From: Cirrosporium novae-zelandiae
Taxonomy: Eukaryota
Direction: 5' to 3'
NCBI GenBank assembly: GCA_026023565.1
Contig: JAPETS010000069.1
Span: 1 to 64,000 of the forward strand
DNA length: 64,000 bases
Position numbers and translations under genes: made by a program. Positions 9,397-21,635 of this stretch are shown here, piece by piece (position 1 is the stretch's first letter; each line of letters opens with the position of its first letter). The notes under the pieces were generated by a model. It ran no database searches. It was not told the DNA's origin and saw only the letters and a program-made list of their open reading frames with translations.

Positions 9397-12300
9397 TTAA
9401 CGAGGTGGCCCAATAGGGGCCGGGTATCCTGCAGTAGAAGAATGAGAAGTGCTGGGCCGTCCACTATCAAATGACCCCCGGATATCATGTTTCGGAGTCG
9501 TATCGCCAGGGATGCCAATAACGCTACCAGGCGCGGTGCTAAAAGGTGATTGTTTCATCATATCAAATCTCGATGTCATATTCATACTAGTCGTAGTAGT
9601 CGTAGACCAGCCGTTAGTTAGAGAATGGGCCTCTTCCTCAGGAAGGTTGACCCCGCTGTCGTTCCATGGGTTGCGATAGCCGCTTTCCCGCGATTCCATG
9701 GAGACAAGAGAAGCTTTGGATGCGTTGCTAGACGCTTGTTTGAAGAAGGAACCGGGAGATCCAGATTGTTTGGTCCGGCCATTGAGAAAAGAAGAAATTG
9801 AAGAAATGCTACCGGGTTTGCGGAGCTTGTCGAAGATGGAGCCGCGCTCGCTGGCGTCGTCGGCCCCAAAGGTTGATCGGGTAGGGGAATCGCCGGTTCC
9901 AACTGGGGGCTGAGAGTTTTGGAGGAGCTTGGAGTCAAAGAAGGGAAGAGATTCCTCGAAAGAGTCTGATTTTGGTCTTGGAATTGCACCCTTGACAGTT
10001 CCCGCATCAAGTCCATGGGTCACCAACTGAGCAACCAAGAAATCAATGGCATCTTTTAGACCACCTGCATTGTTTCTGGTATAGGCTAGAACAAGGCGAG
10101 TCTCCGATGGACTAGACACACCATTTTTGATTGTCTTGGGGTCATCCTTGAAGTGTAAATCGACCTCATGCTGTTGCCGGAGCTTCTTACGGACGTCATT
10201 TTCAAATTGTGCCGTGTGGAAGAAGTTTTCCAGGTCTGCAGAGACCTGCATCACCAGTTCATGGCTTTCCGGAACCATGCCCAAGAAAGCGTCGACTGCC
10301 TGAGGGACTTGGTATTCGGGGCCAGAGATGGTAACAACATCACTGGCTGTCTCCGTACTGGGGAAATCAATCTTGCAGTTCCACTTCTTTTCAAGGCCTT
10401 CGATCTCGTTCATTCGAGAAATGAGTTCACGATGGTAAAGCCGGTCAATGACAACCCGTTCAGAGACAAATTCAGCATCCTTTAAGATTACGGGAAAGTT
10501 AGTTTCATTCTTATCAAGTTGAAATCAGGCTCACGTACAGCTTTCTCAACCATGTCCATAATCTCCTGTTTGACAAAATCTAAACTCTGGGCATTTCTGG
10601 CAGGTGTTCGGCAGATAACATTGTCGACCTTAATGTCATCCTCTTCCTTACCAACTCCACCTCGATCCATGGCGTTGGAGAATTTGACAAATACAGAATA
10701 TTTTTTCATAATCTTCTGGATATGTTGACCGCCAATGCCAATAATGCGTTTGTGGTATTGGTCAGGAACATGGAAAGCAATTGAAGCGGGCATTTCCTGT
10801 TCAACAAGATCTAGGCCATTTTTTGCGGCATCATACTGCGCACCACACACGTCAATGTAAAAGTTGTATTCATTGAAGCCATCAAAGATGATTTGAACGT
10901 TAGCTAGGGGAGTTAGCAATGATGTAAAATCGTCATGTCATGGAGATCTACCTTGACCCATAATCTTGTTAATTTTGCCGTTCTTCTTCCCACTCACAAA
11001 TTCTTTGTGTTCATTCGCAAGCTCAATCTTAATACGAATCTGGTAATTTGCCCTCTTAACGAAGGGAATCTGGGAGATAACCATCATGGCAGCCTTTACG
11101 GCATCATCGGAGCCGCAGATTGAAAATGTAAGTTTATCGAACGTAACATCCGCGCCGGAATTTGCACATATATCTGCCAGCATAACCCTGGTATCACTTG
11201 GCGATGGGATGCGAACAGTATTGCCCAACGAAGGATCAGGGACCATGATCCACCAAGAAGCGCTGTAAAACTGACCAGCCTGTAATCATCAGTAACAACT
11301 TGACAATATTTGTACAATAAGTATCATACCAGTGCCATGATTTCTCGGACTGTCCGCTCGGTGTGAAGAACCTCGGTTGACTGAACCCGAACATATCCCC
11401 GTTGACTTCCAAGTGGAGGAAACAGCACATAAGATCCATTGGTTTCCATGACACGTCTCACCTTATCAAGTCGATCAAGCAAAATGCTATCAACTTTGCT
11501 AGCTGACACGATCACATCCTTTGTAAAAATCTTGATACTCTTGGTCAACTCGTAAAGTTTCTGTTTTGCCCTATTAATGCTGTCCTGGTCTGGACCAGTA
11601 AAGAAGACCTCGTCTTCATTTCTACGGTGAGCACCCGGTGGGGTATAGCCAAAAACGTTGAGAAAGGGAGGGGGGAAATAGATGGCCGTGTTGGTTTGGG
11701 ATTCAATGAGCTTGATATTCCGTCGAGTGCGGCCACAGACCAGAGACTGCATGGTACGCTCGAGCTTCATCGCATCCACCGCACGTTTAAGCTGTGATGA
11801 ATTAGCAAAGAAATGTATATGGATTCAATTCCAACACCCACAATTTGGTCAATCATGATCAGCACTCGCGTCTTTGCATGCTCGGTGCTCTCCAAATCAC
11901 CATAAATGGCCACTCGTAGCCGTTGATCAAGCCCATCCACAAGGTTTCCGTTCATGCTGGGAGCTTCTGGATCAACCGACTTTGGACCAAGTAGAAATAT
12001 GTCGGTGCCAGTATATTCAGCCAAGGTATCTAGATGCGCCAACACGCTAGTTCGAACACCATTTGAAGAGACGTCAATAACCAGATTTGCGTCAATGTCA
12101 ACAACGGCACATTGCTATGATTTGATTAGCTCCACCAACGAACCAATTACGTTGCAGATGCACAAACCATGGATATAGGGGTCTCGTTCAGAATCTTAGC
12201 CCTTATTCTTGGTACCGCCTCGGCATCTCCCGAGATGCAGACATTCGTCACCAAGCCCGAACGTCGCTGTAATGCGATTGAGGCCTTGGGTTCCGAACAG

Positions 12301-12698
12301 GTGACATTGGCCTCGAGTCTACCTTCTATTCCAATCCCTTTGCAAAGTCCTCTTAAGTTTTCAACATTGCTAACGTGAACAGGTAGTTTATGGATGGGGG
12401 TTCCTTCCGGCGTGCCCTCGGGAAATGTCCACCTCTGGAGAGCTCCGGGACTGGAATGTAAGACGTCCTCTGCATCAGGGCCGGCAAGGCTGGTATTTAG
12501 TGGAACATTGAAGGATAGGTGGAGGGTTGTATCGATTGGGGTGAGAGGTGCCATGGGTGACGAAAGCATAGTACGCTTTACGGGTGAGGCCATGGGAGGC
12601 ATTGTGTCTATATGATTTTGCCTGCCCATGCCAAAGGTGGGCGTCATCTTCTCCCAACCATGACGAGCCTGGCCGGTGAAGTGGGTGAATTTCTGCAT
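9397..12698 (-). CDS. Multi-KH-domain RNA-binding protein (Mug60/Khd4/YLL032C-like); multi-exon
   Basis: Repeated KH GxxG loops (LVCGRTRRNIKLIE, FVSGKKNGKINKIM, RIIGIGGQHIQKIM) are spread over ORFs 12147-12704, 11767-12045, 11324-11779, 10938-11246, 10488-10919 and 9397-10413. The tail is Ser-rich. Confidence 0.85.
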
Positions 12699-12865
12699 AG
12701 CCACGCCCTCGTGGACACACCTTCTACGGCATGCACGAAGGAGGAAAAGAACCGAAGTAGCAAGGGGAAAGAGAAGAAAGATAGAGAATAGGTCAAAGAA
12801 AAGAAAGTGTTTTTAGAGGTGTTGTAATAAGTGTTGGGTGAATACAGCTCGATCGGTGGAAGAGG

Positions 12866-12950
12866 AAGTAGGAGGTAGGAGGTAGGAGGTAGAAGGTAGG
12901 AGGTAGAGGTTAGAGGTTGGAAGTTGAGGGTTGGAGGTAGTAGGAGGTTC
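12866..12950. repeat. (GGAGGTA)n-like minisatellite
   Basis: AGTAGGAGGTAGGAGGTAGGAGGTAGAAGGTAGGAGGTAGAGGTTAGAGGTT... Confidence 0.8.
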
Positions 12951-13122
12951 GTTGGTTAGATGTGTGTAGTTGGTGGTAATGGTAGGTGGTAGGTAGTAGG
13001 TTATGTGTTAGTGGTGGAGAAGACAGGCGTCTTGTTATCGAGTAGTAATCGAGCACAGAGGTTGAAAGTATCAGGTTCGGCCAAGAAAGAGTGAGAGGAG
13101 CGACGGAAAGAGAAAGAATAGC

Positions 13123-13176
13123 GACACCATTGACACCTTGGACACCTTAGACACCTTAGACACCTGAGATGCCCTG
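13123..13176. repeat. 9-bp tandem repeat (GACACCTTA), ~5-6 copies
   Basis: GACACC starts at 13123, 13132, 13141, 13150 and 13159, with a degenerate copy at 13168. Confidence 0.85.
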
Positions 13177-15237
13177 AACGGCTCTTTTTGGTTGGACGAG
13201 TAAGCGAACGCTCTGGAATGATGTTTAGGTGTTGACTCGAGTTTGGTGTGTCCTGGTCTTTCCTGGTCCTTTTTTCCCTGGTCTTTTAGGTCTTTTAGTC
13301 GGTCGGTCCAAGTTATAAAAGGCCAAAGTGTCTAATCCCGAAGAAAATATACTCCACCAGCCTTAAAGCCAAGTAAATGGTTAATAAGGAAGTTGGGAAC
13401 ATGGTTCCTCCTCTACTTAGCTTGATTCCTGACAATGGAACAAAGCGCTGTAATTAATTATATTATTGGGGGGGGGGGGCACTGCAAAAGCTCTCCAACT
13501 ACCTAGGTATGCACACCTACGTATGACACCTGTTACAGAAAAAAACAATACAAAAAGTACAAATACAAAATTACTACATACCAGTTAATTAGTAGTAGTA
13601 GTAGATGACTGTTGATTTTACAAGTCATGGCCGTGATAGCTGCTGCCCAATGTTGCACGAGATCAACTTTTTTACTCTTTCTTGTGTGTGCTGTATCCGG
13701 TGTACTGCTGCTGTACTGACTGTATTGCGTACCGATGTACCTATGTACCGATGTACCTAGGTACCTTGGTGTAAGCACCACCGTCCATGCAGAAAAGAGA
13801 TCGTCGTCTCCTTATCATGGCACCATGGCACGACCATCAGCCACGGCCAAGGTATAATTCGAACCTCTTGACCCAATCATCTACAAGTATAAACAACAAA
13901 CCTCCAAAATAAAATAAAAACCACACACAGCACCACAAGCGATACTCTCCCCCCTTTGAGACTTTTCAATCCCCAACATTATCTGATTAGTTCATGTAGC
14001 TCCCTAGGTATATGTATCGTCATCAAAAAAGAACATTTCTCGAAAGCATCCGACGGGGACACACATCCGGGGCTGGATCCACGGCGGACAGTTTAGACCA
14101 CGGATGATCCGGCTTCCCCCCCCCCCCCCCATCAAAAGACCAAGGGGACCAAAATCCAAAAAATCCAAAAATCCAAAAAAAAAATCCAAAAAGAAAAAAA
14201 CCAAAAAAATCAAACCAAACAAATAAAATTCTCCCCTCTCTCCGCTTCCCTCATCAGATCGATGACGGACTCCTTGTAATGCAATCGAAACCTAAAAGAG
14301 GTCTCATTGATCCAATTCTCCTTGGAGGTTGAATCTGTGAAAAGCAAAATGGACCGACTCGACCGTACGCACTGGTACTGACTGACACGCCGCAAAAATC
14401 CAAAGTCCAAAGCGCTGAGACAAATCAGGCAAATCGAGCTCGGTCTTCGTCCTTTTTTTTTTTCCTTTTCGGCCCCAAGCCTTCGGGGCGTTCAAGCCTC
14501 CCCCAAAAAAGCCTTGTTGTTAATCCCCCCCAGTACCGCCTGCATGTAAGCACCACTGCCGTAACTTGCCTCGTCCTACACCTACGCACAACAACACATT
14601 AAAGAAGCCAGATCGTTTGACATGTCTCTTGGGTCAAGCAAGACTTGAGACTCGAGACTCGGTAGATAATAATAAATAAATAAACAATTCACAATCAAAT
14701 GCTCAGATCCTTCATTCCTCTACCCATTTCCATCTCTCCCCCGTGCCACTGGATTAAGTCATCAGTCCTCACCAACAGCAAAAGAACCTTGGAGATAAAA
14801 AAATCAAGGCCAGACCACATCCTAACCCATTCATCTTATTTCCTACACAGTACGCATACATATGCAATATGCTGACACCCACCACCAACCTCTAATTTTA
14901 GAAAGCCCTACAGGCTATACTATACAACTATATACAACAGGTTCGATTCTCCAGATAGACAATTCTTGTTTGGACTAGTTAACCACCTAGGTAGTTAACT
15001 ATTCAACTTCCAGTTATCTCGAGTCGTCTCTTATTAATGCAAATCATTAAACTAAGTAGCCCGGTACACTCTGGTAAACCGTGCTGAGTGTGAAATGATT
15101 TCTAGTTGAAAAGCAACTAGCTTTCCGGATCAAATGGTTAATCGCACATGCGACGAATTTTCAAGCCACCCCTGGCAGAAAGGAATATACAGAATTGAAA
15201 AAAAAAATCCTGTCCCTTGACTCCACAAATACTACGC

Positions 15238-17865
15238 CTAATACCTTTGCACAGTTCGTCCATGTCCATTTCCACTCCCGTTTCGAACCTCCGTTACCGC
15301 AGGGCCCCCAATCTCATCCCCTTCCATATATACATCATCCCGTCGTTGTTGGGGGGCCGCATACTCATACCTCGCTGATCTTTCTGGAGCTACGTATTCC
15401 CTTGCCCTGGGAACTATGTCATCTGGGCGAGTGCTATACTCACGTACGTCATGTGTAGCAACCGCTCTCCTCGGTGGGGGCATTGATGGAGGCTCTGGGC
15501 GAACACTGGTATATCGTTGAAGTCTTTCTGGTGGTATCTCATATCGGACGTTACTTGCTGGATGAACACTCTGCATCCGAAGGGGAGGAGCTTCTTCGAA
15601 ATAAGTAGCTTGACGTGGAGGGTAATCTTGAACTGCTACAGATGCATGACGAATAACTCTAGGAGCTAGATCATCATCGGCGTAATCATAAGATCGTGGA
15701 TAATCATAAGCTAATCGAGGTTGCTGGGGACCCTGGGGCTGCTCGGTGTAACGGCGTTCATAGGCCCGCGGAGGAGGCATCTCGTGCACATATGCTCTAT
15801 TGTCTAGGGACTCTACAACAACTGAAGGTGCACGTTGCCGGGATGGTTGAGCTAAAGACGGCTGGTAGTAGGGATTAACACTGCCCGACCGCTCCGGTGG
15901 GGCCACGGATGCGCGAATTCTTGTTATTGGAGAAGCTTCGTAGTACCTATTCCCATATTCATCGACTACAATACGTCGAGGGGGTGGAGCCATGATTCGA
16001 GGTGCAGCTTCCAGATCCACGTATGGAGAAGATGGCCTATCAATTGGGATGTATTGTCGGTGTGAAGGTTCTCTGTAAATTATGGGTGATCCGACTCGAG
16101 GTTCACGCTCTATGTAAGTCCCAGATGTCCGTCGAATAGGATTCGCTTCAACCGGGGAGGCCTCATTCGCATATAAAATTTCGGGACGACGAGCGTATTG
16201 CAGGCTCGCAACTCTTCGAAGGTCAGGCTCTTCTCGGACCGGCGGCCTTCTGAAGCCAGCCTGAGAGGAGGAACGTACAATGACTGGCGTTTGCGGGTTA
16301 TCGACATCGTAAACCAATGGAGTACGAGGCTCTTCACGGCTTCGATCATATCCATATGCTGTCCCTCTAGGTGAAACCAACTCAGTGTAATTCTCCCTTG
16401 CACCTTGAACGGGACGCTTGGGTGGAAGATTGGATAACCTTGAGAATGGAGGGGGGGAGACAGGTTCCTCTTTAATCACTGGCTCCTGCTGCTCCATTGG
16501 TTCCGCACCCCTTCTCTTGTTGAAATTCGGACTATCCTCACGCTCGTCCCGTCTCCGCTTTCGCGGCACATTAAGAGGCTGGACCGCATTCGCATTTGGT
16601 CGTCTAGACTGTTGATCCCGGAATGACCCATTTCGGTTCTGCAGCTGATGTTGTTGTTTTGTGAGCAAGGATCCTTTAGCAACGACAAGCGGAGAAACAC
16701 GAGAAGGCTGTGGTGCGATGGGAGAGGTAATATGATTCCTTACCACAGTAACCTCCGGGGAAGGTTGTCTACGCTTATTATTGCGATCATATGGACCCGA
16801 GCGTCTTTTCTTGGGCTGATTTCTTATTGGGCCATGGCTGTTCCCAGGATTATAGGTAGTCACAGGTAGCGGTCCGCCTTCAATGAGTATTGGCTCATCT
16901 GGCTCTGGTGGCGAATATTCTGGTTCCTCCTCATGAGACTCTTCTCTATAGTATCTTGAACCTGGCATTTGTGTTGTCGTAGGCCTCCGATTCGGACCTG
17001 CATACGGTTCCTTGTCAAGAGATTCAACCGAGGATTCTTGCACTTCACCTTCTTCGATATTATCATTGGAATCTTCTTGAGCAGGAGCATCGGGTCGAGG
17101 TCCTGCAGCAGAATCAGCATCAACACCGTTGGCCTCCGCCGACCGCGAACCTCGACCTTCCGAATCCTTTCCACGGGTGCTAGAATCAGGTGCTTTACTT
17201 GAATACAGATCACTTTCATCAAATGAATCGCTTGCTTCAGCTGCATCGTTAGCGCGTTGATCCTCAGTTGAAACAATGGGCTTCACGAGCTGCAGAGCTT
17301 TAGCTAATATATCAGGCACGTCGAGATTATTAGCGGCAGTTTGCGCATTTTCAGCTACTGAGATCATCTTGTAGGATTTTTTTCTCTGTTCACGTTCATC
17401 ACGATACTTGGTTTCAATACGCTGACGTTCCAATGTAATCTCGGCTTCGGAATCGGTGGGATCAGGTTGTCTATTTTGGGACATAAAAGCAAGACCTGGA
17501 AGGGCAAGTTTGAGAGTGGTGGTGGATTGCGCGATAGAAGTAGAAGGCATCTGGACGGAGTGGAACTGCTGGTTACTCGAGACATTGTTACCATTTTGAG
17601 GCTGTAGTGAAGTCAGCTTTGGTGGCAATGTCTTTGCCGGCTCGGTCGCGGACAACTTCGAAATTGTAGGGGCAAAGGGTAAGACCTGGGGAGTGTTCGT
17701 GGAATTTCGTAAAGCATTGTCAGGGACTTTCAGACGCGGATGTGCGCCAGTAAATACTTGACCATGAAGACGTAAGATTTTCTCGTACTCGACAATCTCC
17801 TTCGACTCTTCATGGGTCAAGGAGTGGTCATTGATTGTGGGAGGAACAGTCGCAGCTGCAGCCAT
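15238..17865 (-). CDS. Hypothetical, largely disordered Pro/Arg/Ser/Tyr-rich protein (875 aa)
   Basis: Uninterrupted 875-codon ORF with an N-terminal helical segment (EIVEYEKILRLHGQVFTGAHPRLKVP), basic NLS-like stretches (RKRRR) and an IKEE SUMO-type motif. Confidence 0.85.
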   Translation of the reverse strand: MAAAATVPPTINDHSLTHEESKEIVEYEKILRLHGQVFTGAHPRLKVPDNALRNSTNTPQVLPFAPTISKLSATEPAKTLPPKLTSLQPQNGNNVSSNQQFHSVQMPSTSIAQSTTTLKLALPGLAFMSQNRQPDPTDSEAEITLERQRIETKYRDEREQRKKSYKMISVAENAQTAANNLDVPDILAKALQLVKPIVSTEDQRANDAAEASDSFDESDLYSSKAPDSSTRGKDSEGRGSRSAEANGVDADSAAGPRPDAPAQEDSNDNIEEGEVQESSVESLDKEPYAGPNRRPTTTQMPGSRYYREESHEEEPEYSPPEPDEPILIEGGPLPVTTYNPGNSHGPIRNQPKKRRSGPYDRNNKRRQPSPEVTVVRNHITSPIAPQPSRVSPLVVAKGSLLTKQQHQLQNRNGSFRDQQSRRPNANAVQPLNVPRKRRRDEREDSPNFNKRRGAEPMEQQEPVIKEEPVSPPPFSRLSNLPPKRPVQGARENYTELVSPRGTAYGYDRSREEPRTPLVYDVDNPQTPVIVRSSSQAGFRRPPVREEPDLRRVASLQYARRPEILYANEASPVEANPIRRTSGTYIEREPRVGSPIIYREPSHRQYIPIDRPSSPYVDLEAAPRIMAPPPRRIVVDEYGNRYYEASPITRIRASVAPPERSGSVNPYYQPSLAQPSRQRAPSVVVESLDNRAYVHEMPPPRAYERRYTEQPQGPQQPRLAYDYPRSYDYADDDLAPRVIRHASVAVQDYPPRQATYFEEAPPLRMQSVHPASNVRYEIPPERLQRYTSVRPEPPSMPPPRRAVATHDVREYSTRPDDIVPRAREYVAPERSARYEYAAPQQRRDDVYMEGDEIGGPAVTEVRNGSGNGHGRTVQRY

Positions 17866-18532
17866 CCTCGGAAAGTATAGCGTACACTAAATAGAAAGAT
17901 CAATCGAAAAGGAAGAACAATGCCTAAATCATGTCCAACAATGTACTAAATATGTGTATTCTTCGATGGCGTACAAAAGAATAGAGATCCCGAAGATAGT
18001 TTTTGTTGTGGTGGGATTTTGTTTTCCTGCTGGGTGTTGATCAGGAGGAATTTGAAGGTGTAAAAGTAGGACGGAAGGAGAGCAGAAGCTTGAAATCCAG
18101 ACATTTTTTCCCTTGGGGCTGGCACGGGCTGGGGTCAGGGCTCAAGCGGTGGCCCCTCGGCCGGCAGAGGGAGCAGAAAGAGCAGAGAGAGCTTGGACTT
18201 TGATAACACCCACGATTACTCGAGTCAAAAACAGCTGAGACTCTAGTAACACTTTAAAAGTAATTAGATCAATCACATGATGTGACTGGTTCAAATATCC
18301 CAATCTGTATCAACCATGATGCTACCGAGTACAAAAACGCCCTGATAAACGCCCTAAGAGCACTTTCCAGTCATTTCTCTCTCATCACCAGATGACAATG
18401 TTTATATCTTCAACCAAGAGCAGCTTTATTAAAGAAACATATCAAGCATTTAAAGCCTGGCTAGATCTTTAGCCTCTTCTTCTGCGTTTTCATTCTGTCT
18501 TCAACTTCAAAATCATCATCAAAACTCCCAAA

Positions 18533-19474
18533 ATGTCTTCAGAAAAGTCTGAAGATCCATGCCTTTCTTCCGACATGTCTGACAATAGAGCGATTTTCTA
18601 CTTTGATATTGACAATTGTGTAAGCTTCTGCTTAACATGGGGTATTGTGCAGGAATCCTGAAGCTGACAGACACTTTTCAAAAGCTTTACCCGAAAAGTA
18701 AGCATTCACTTTTGCTCCGAGATAACTGTTTATGTTCCCGTGCTCACTTGTTTTCTCTTGTGCCTAGGCAAACAGGTATTCAAACTTATGCAAGACCTGA
18801 TCGATTCATACTTCCGCCGCCACCTGGGACTGAGTGAAGCAGATTCGAAAATGCTACATAATAAGTATTACAAAGACTATGGGCTCGCTATAGAAGGCTT
18901 GGCACGTCATCACAAGGTGGATCCGTTAGCATATAACCGGGAGGTGGATGATGCCCTACCACTGGACGGTATCATATTCCCGGATCCTCAACTCAGACAG
19001 TTGCTTCTCGACATGGACAAGAAAAAAGTGAAATTATGGCTATTCACAAATGCCCATATCACACATGCAACAAGGGTGGTTAGGCTGCTAGGAGTAGAGG
19101 ATCTATTTGATGGCCTGACATACTGCGACTACGGAGCCAAATCAATGCTTTGCAAGCCACATGTGAAAATGTTTGAAAAGGCGGAACAGGAAGCGAGTGC
19201 TCGGTCCATCAAAGATTGCTACTTCGTAGGTGAGTAGATTCTTTTGCTCCATTACCGAGTTGGATTTATACCAATATACCTCGTCCTAGATGACTCGCAT
19301 CTCAATTGCCGCCACGCACAAGCTCGAGGTTGGACGGCTATCCATTTGGTGGAACCAGGTGATCCAGAACCAGAAGTCCGAGCATCGAAATACCAAATAC
19401 GTCGCCTTGAAGAACTAAGAGACATATTCCCTCAATTCTTTAAGCAAAAAAAGGAAATGAATGGGTACGCATAA
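18533..19474 (+). CDS. SDT1: Pyrimidine 5'-nucleotidase, HAD family (Sdt1/Phm8-like); 4 exons
   Basis: HAD motif I FDIDNC|LYP is assembled across a 13-nt micro-exon (18685-18697). Also YYKDYGLAIEGL, WLFTNA, CKP and YFV|DDS..N. Confidence 0.88.
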
Positions 19475-19715
19475 CAGGATAGATTTCACAATAGACTAGA
19501 CTATCTACTCGATAAATTATAAAAGCCATTGGAAATAATTTCATGCGTTTTTCGAGAACATGGATCAATTTCGTCTCTTGTCATCTTGTCGGTAGATGTT
19601 GGCTAGATTAAGTCTTGATCTTATAGCTTTATCTCTAAGGTGGGCGGACGAACTAGATAGATGGATAAATTGGTAAAAATCATTTTCCTTGTCTGTAGGA
19701 ATTCTCACATATCAA

Positions 19716-19905
19716 TGAGTCAGTCACTTGAACAAAATAAACTTCAAAATAAATCAAGGAACACCGACTAGCCCCCTCTTGGCCTCCTCCCCTCCACGCC
19801 CTTTGATGACATCTACTACCTATCTTCCACCTTTATTTTTATTTTTGATATAATCATACCCGCGAGCCTATCGGGGGGTTATCGCTATCTCTGGATTCTG
19901 AGTCA
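19716..19905. promoter_or_regulatory. Two TGAGTCA (Gcn4/CpcA, AP-1-type) sites upstream of the egt2-like gene
   Basis: Exact TGAGTCA at 19716-19722 and 19899-19905. Confidence 0.45.
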
Positions 19906-20149
19906 CCTTGCTTTTCTAGCTAGCCATTCGTATAAATCTTTGCGGTTTCTTGTTTGTCGTTCTTTTATTTTTTGATTTGATCGCAATTGCCTTTCGTGTT
20001 TTGAGTGTTAAGATACTTGATCGTATGTTCCAAAAGCATTTCCATCGAATTTTTTTATTAGCCTCTTATCTAGCTATATTATTTACTGAGCAAGACACAG
20101 CAAGGACAACATATATTCTTGAAGACGAAGAAGAAAATTTGTGAACAAA

Positions 20150-21635
20150 ATGACGCAAACTACTCTCCCTAACTGTACGGTGGATGAAGATGTCGATGGG
20201 GAATCGTCCTCGTCGTCTAAAAAGGTTCCCTATGGCCATGAACTTCGCAAATACTTCCTGTTCGATCCTAAATATCTGAATCTCAATCACGGTATGTTTA
20301 CCACAATATATTCGATATTCCGCCCACTCCGCTCTGTACCTCCCTCCTCCCTCCCCAGAACAGCCTTCAAACTAACTCTCCTCTCTAGGCTCCTTCGGCA
20401 CCTACCCGACCCCCGTCCGCTCCGCTCTAACCCACTATCACACCCTAAACGAACAGCGCCCAGACAAATTTCTCCGCTATTCCTACCCCCCCCTCCTACA
20501 CCAATGCCGAATGCAACTCTCTACACTCGTCCACTCCCCCCTCTCCTCCCTAGTTCTCATCACCAACGCCACCACGGGCATCAACACCGTTCTCCGCAAC
20601 TTGCACTTCCTGCCCAACGATGTCATAATCTACTTTAGCTTCGCCTATGGCGCAGTCGAAAAAACAATAAAATACATTACTGAATCAACCCCTGCAGCCG
20701 CCACCCGAATCGAAGTCGACTTCCCAATTGAAGGCGCCGACCTAATCGCGAAATTCCAAAAAACAATCCACGCCCTAAGATCATCCGGCAAGAACCCCCG
20801 CATCGCGATTTTCGACACTATAGTTTCGCAACCGGGAGTACGCCTCCCCTTTGAATCCCTCATCCAAGCTTGCAAGGACGAAAAAATCCTCTCCTGCGTC
20901 GACGGCGCTCACGGCGTGGGGCATATCCCCCTGAACCTTTCGATCCTAGACCCGGATTTCTTCACCTCTAATTGTCACAAATGGCTTTTCACACCGAGAC
21001 CCGTAGCACTACTATACGTGCCCCCCCGGAATCAAGCATTACTGAGAAGCACCCTACCCACAAGCCATGGATTCGTACCTGAGGGCGAGGAAGAAATTGC
21101 CAATCCCTTGCCAACAGACACTTCGGAATCACAATTCGAACTTAATTTTGGATATGTAGGCACGCTGGACGTGGCACCCTACCTCACCATCCCCGCGGCC
21201 ATAACCTTCATCGACGATATCCTCGGCGGCCAGGACGCAGCGCAAAAATACTGTCGCGATCTAGCAGCCAAAGCGGGCCAAATCCTAGCTCATAGATTCG
21301 GCACCACAATCCTCGACAACACAACCCACACGCACACAAAGTGTTTCTTTTCCAACGTAAAATTACCCCTAGAGTTAGGTAAAAAACCCAATAATGAAGG
21401 GGAGAGCGAGGAGATTGAATTAAAAAGAGAGCATGCAGCATTAGTTGGACAGTGGATTGGGAAAGTGTTGGTGGAGGAGTTTGATACTTTTGTGGCGACG
21501 TGCTTTCACACAGATGCGTGGTGGGTAAGGCTTAGCGGGATGGTCTATCTAGAGGAGGGGGACTTTGAGTGGGTTGGGGGGGTGTTGGAGGGGGTTTGTG
21601 AGAGGGTTAGGAAAGGTGAGTTTTTGGGGAAGTGA
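20150..21635 (+). CDS. egt2: PLP-dependent class V aminotransferase-fold C-S lyase, hercynylcysteine sulfoxide lyase (Egt2)-like
   Basis: YLNLNHG|SFGTYP spans an intron (about 20292-20388). Also NATTGINTVLRN, VDGAHGVG, the PLP lysine in FFTSNCHKW, and STLPTSHG. Confidence 0.8.

Noticed and set aside
13123..13176. Regularly spaced repeats as a possible CRISPR-like array
   Set aside because: A 9-bp head-to-tail tandem with no spacers, in a eukaryotic context.
14935..14960. GGTTCGATTC, a tRNA B-box-like sequence (similar GGTTCGAATT on the minus strand near 13856-13865)
   Set aside because: No T-stem pairing, acceptor stem or cloverleaf, so it is not a tRNA gene.
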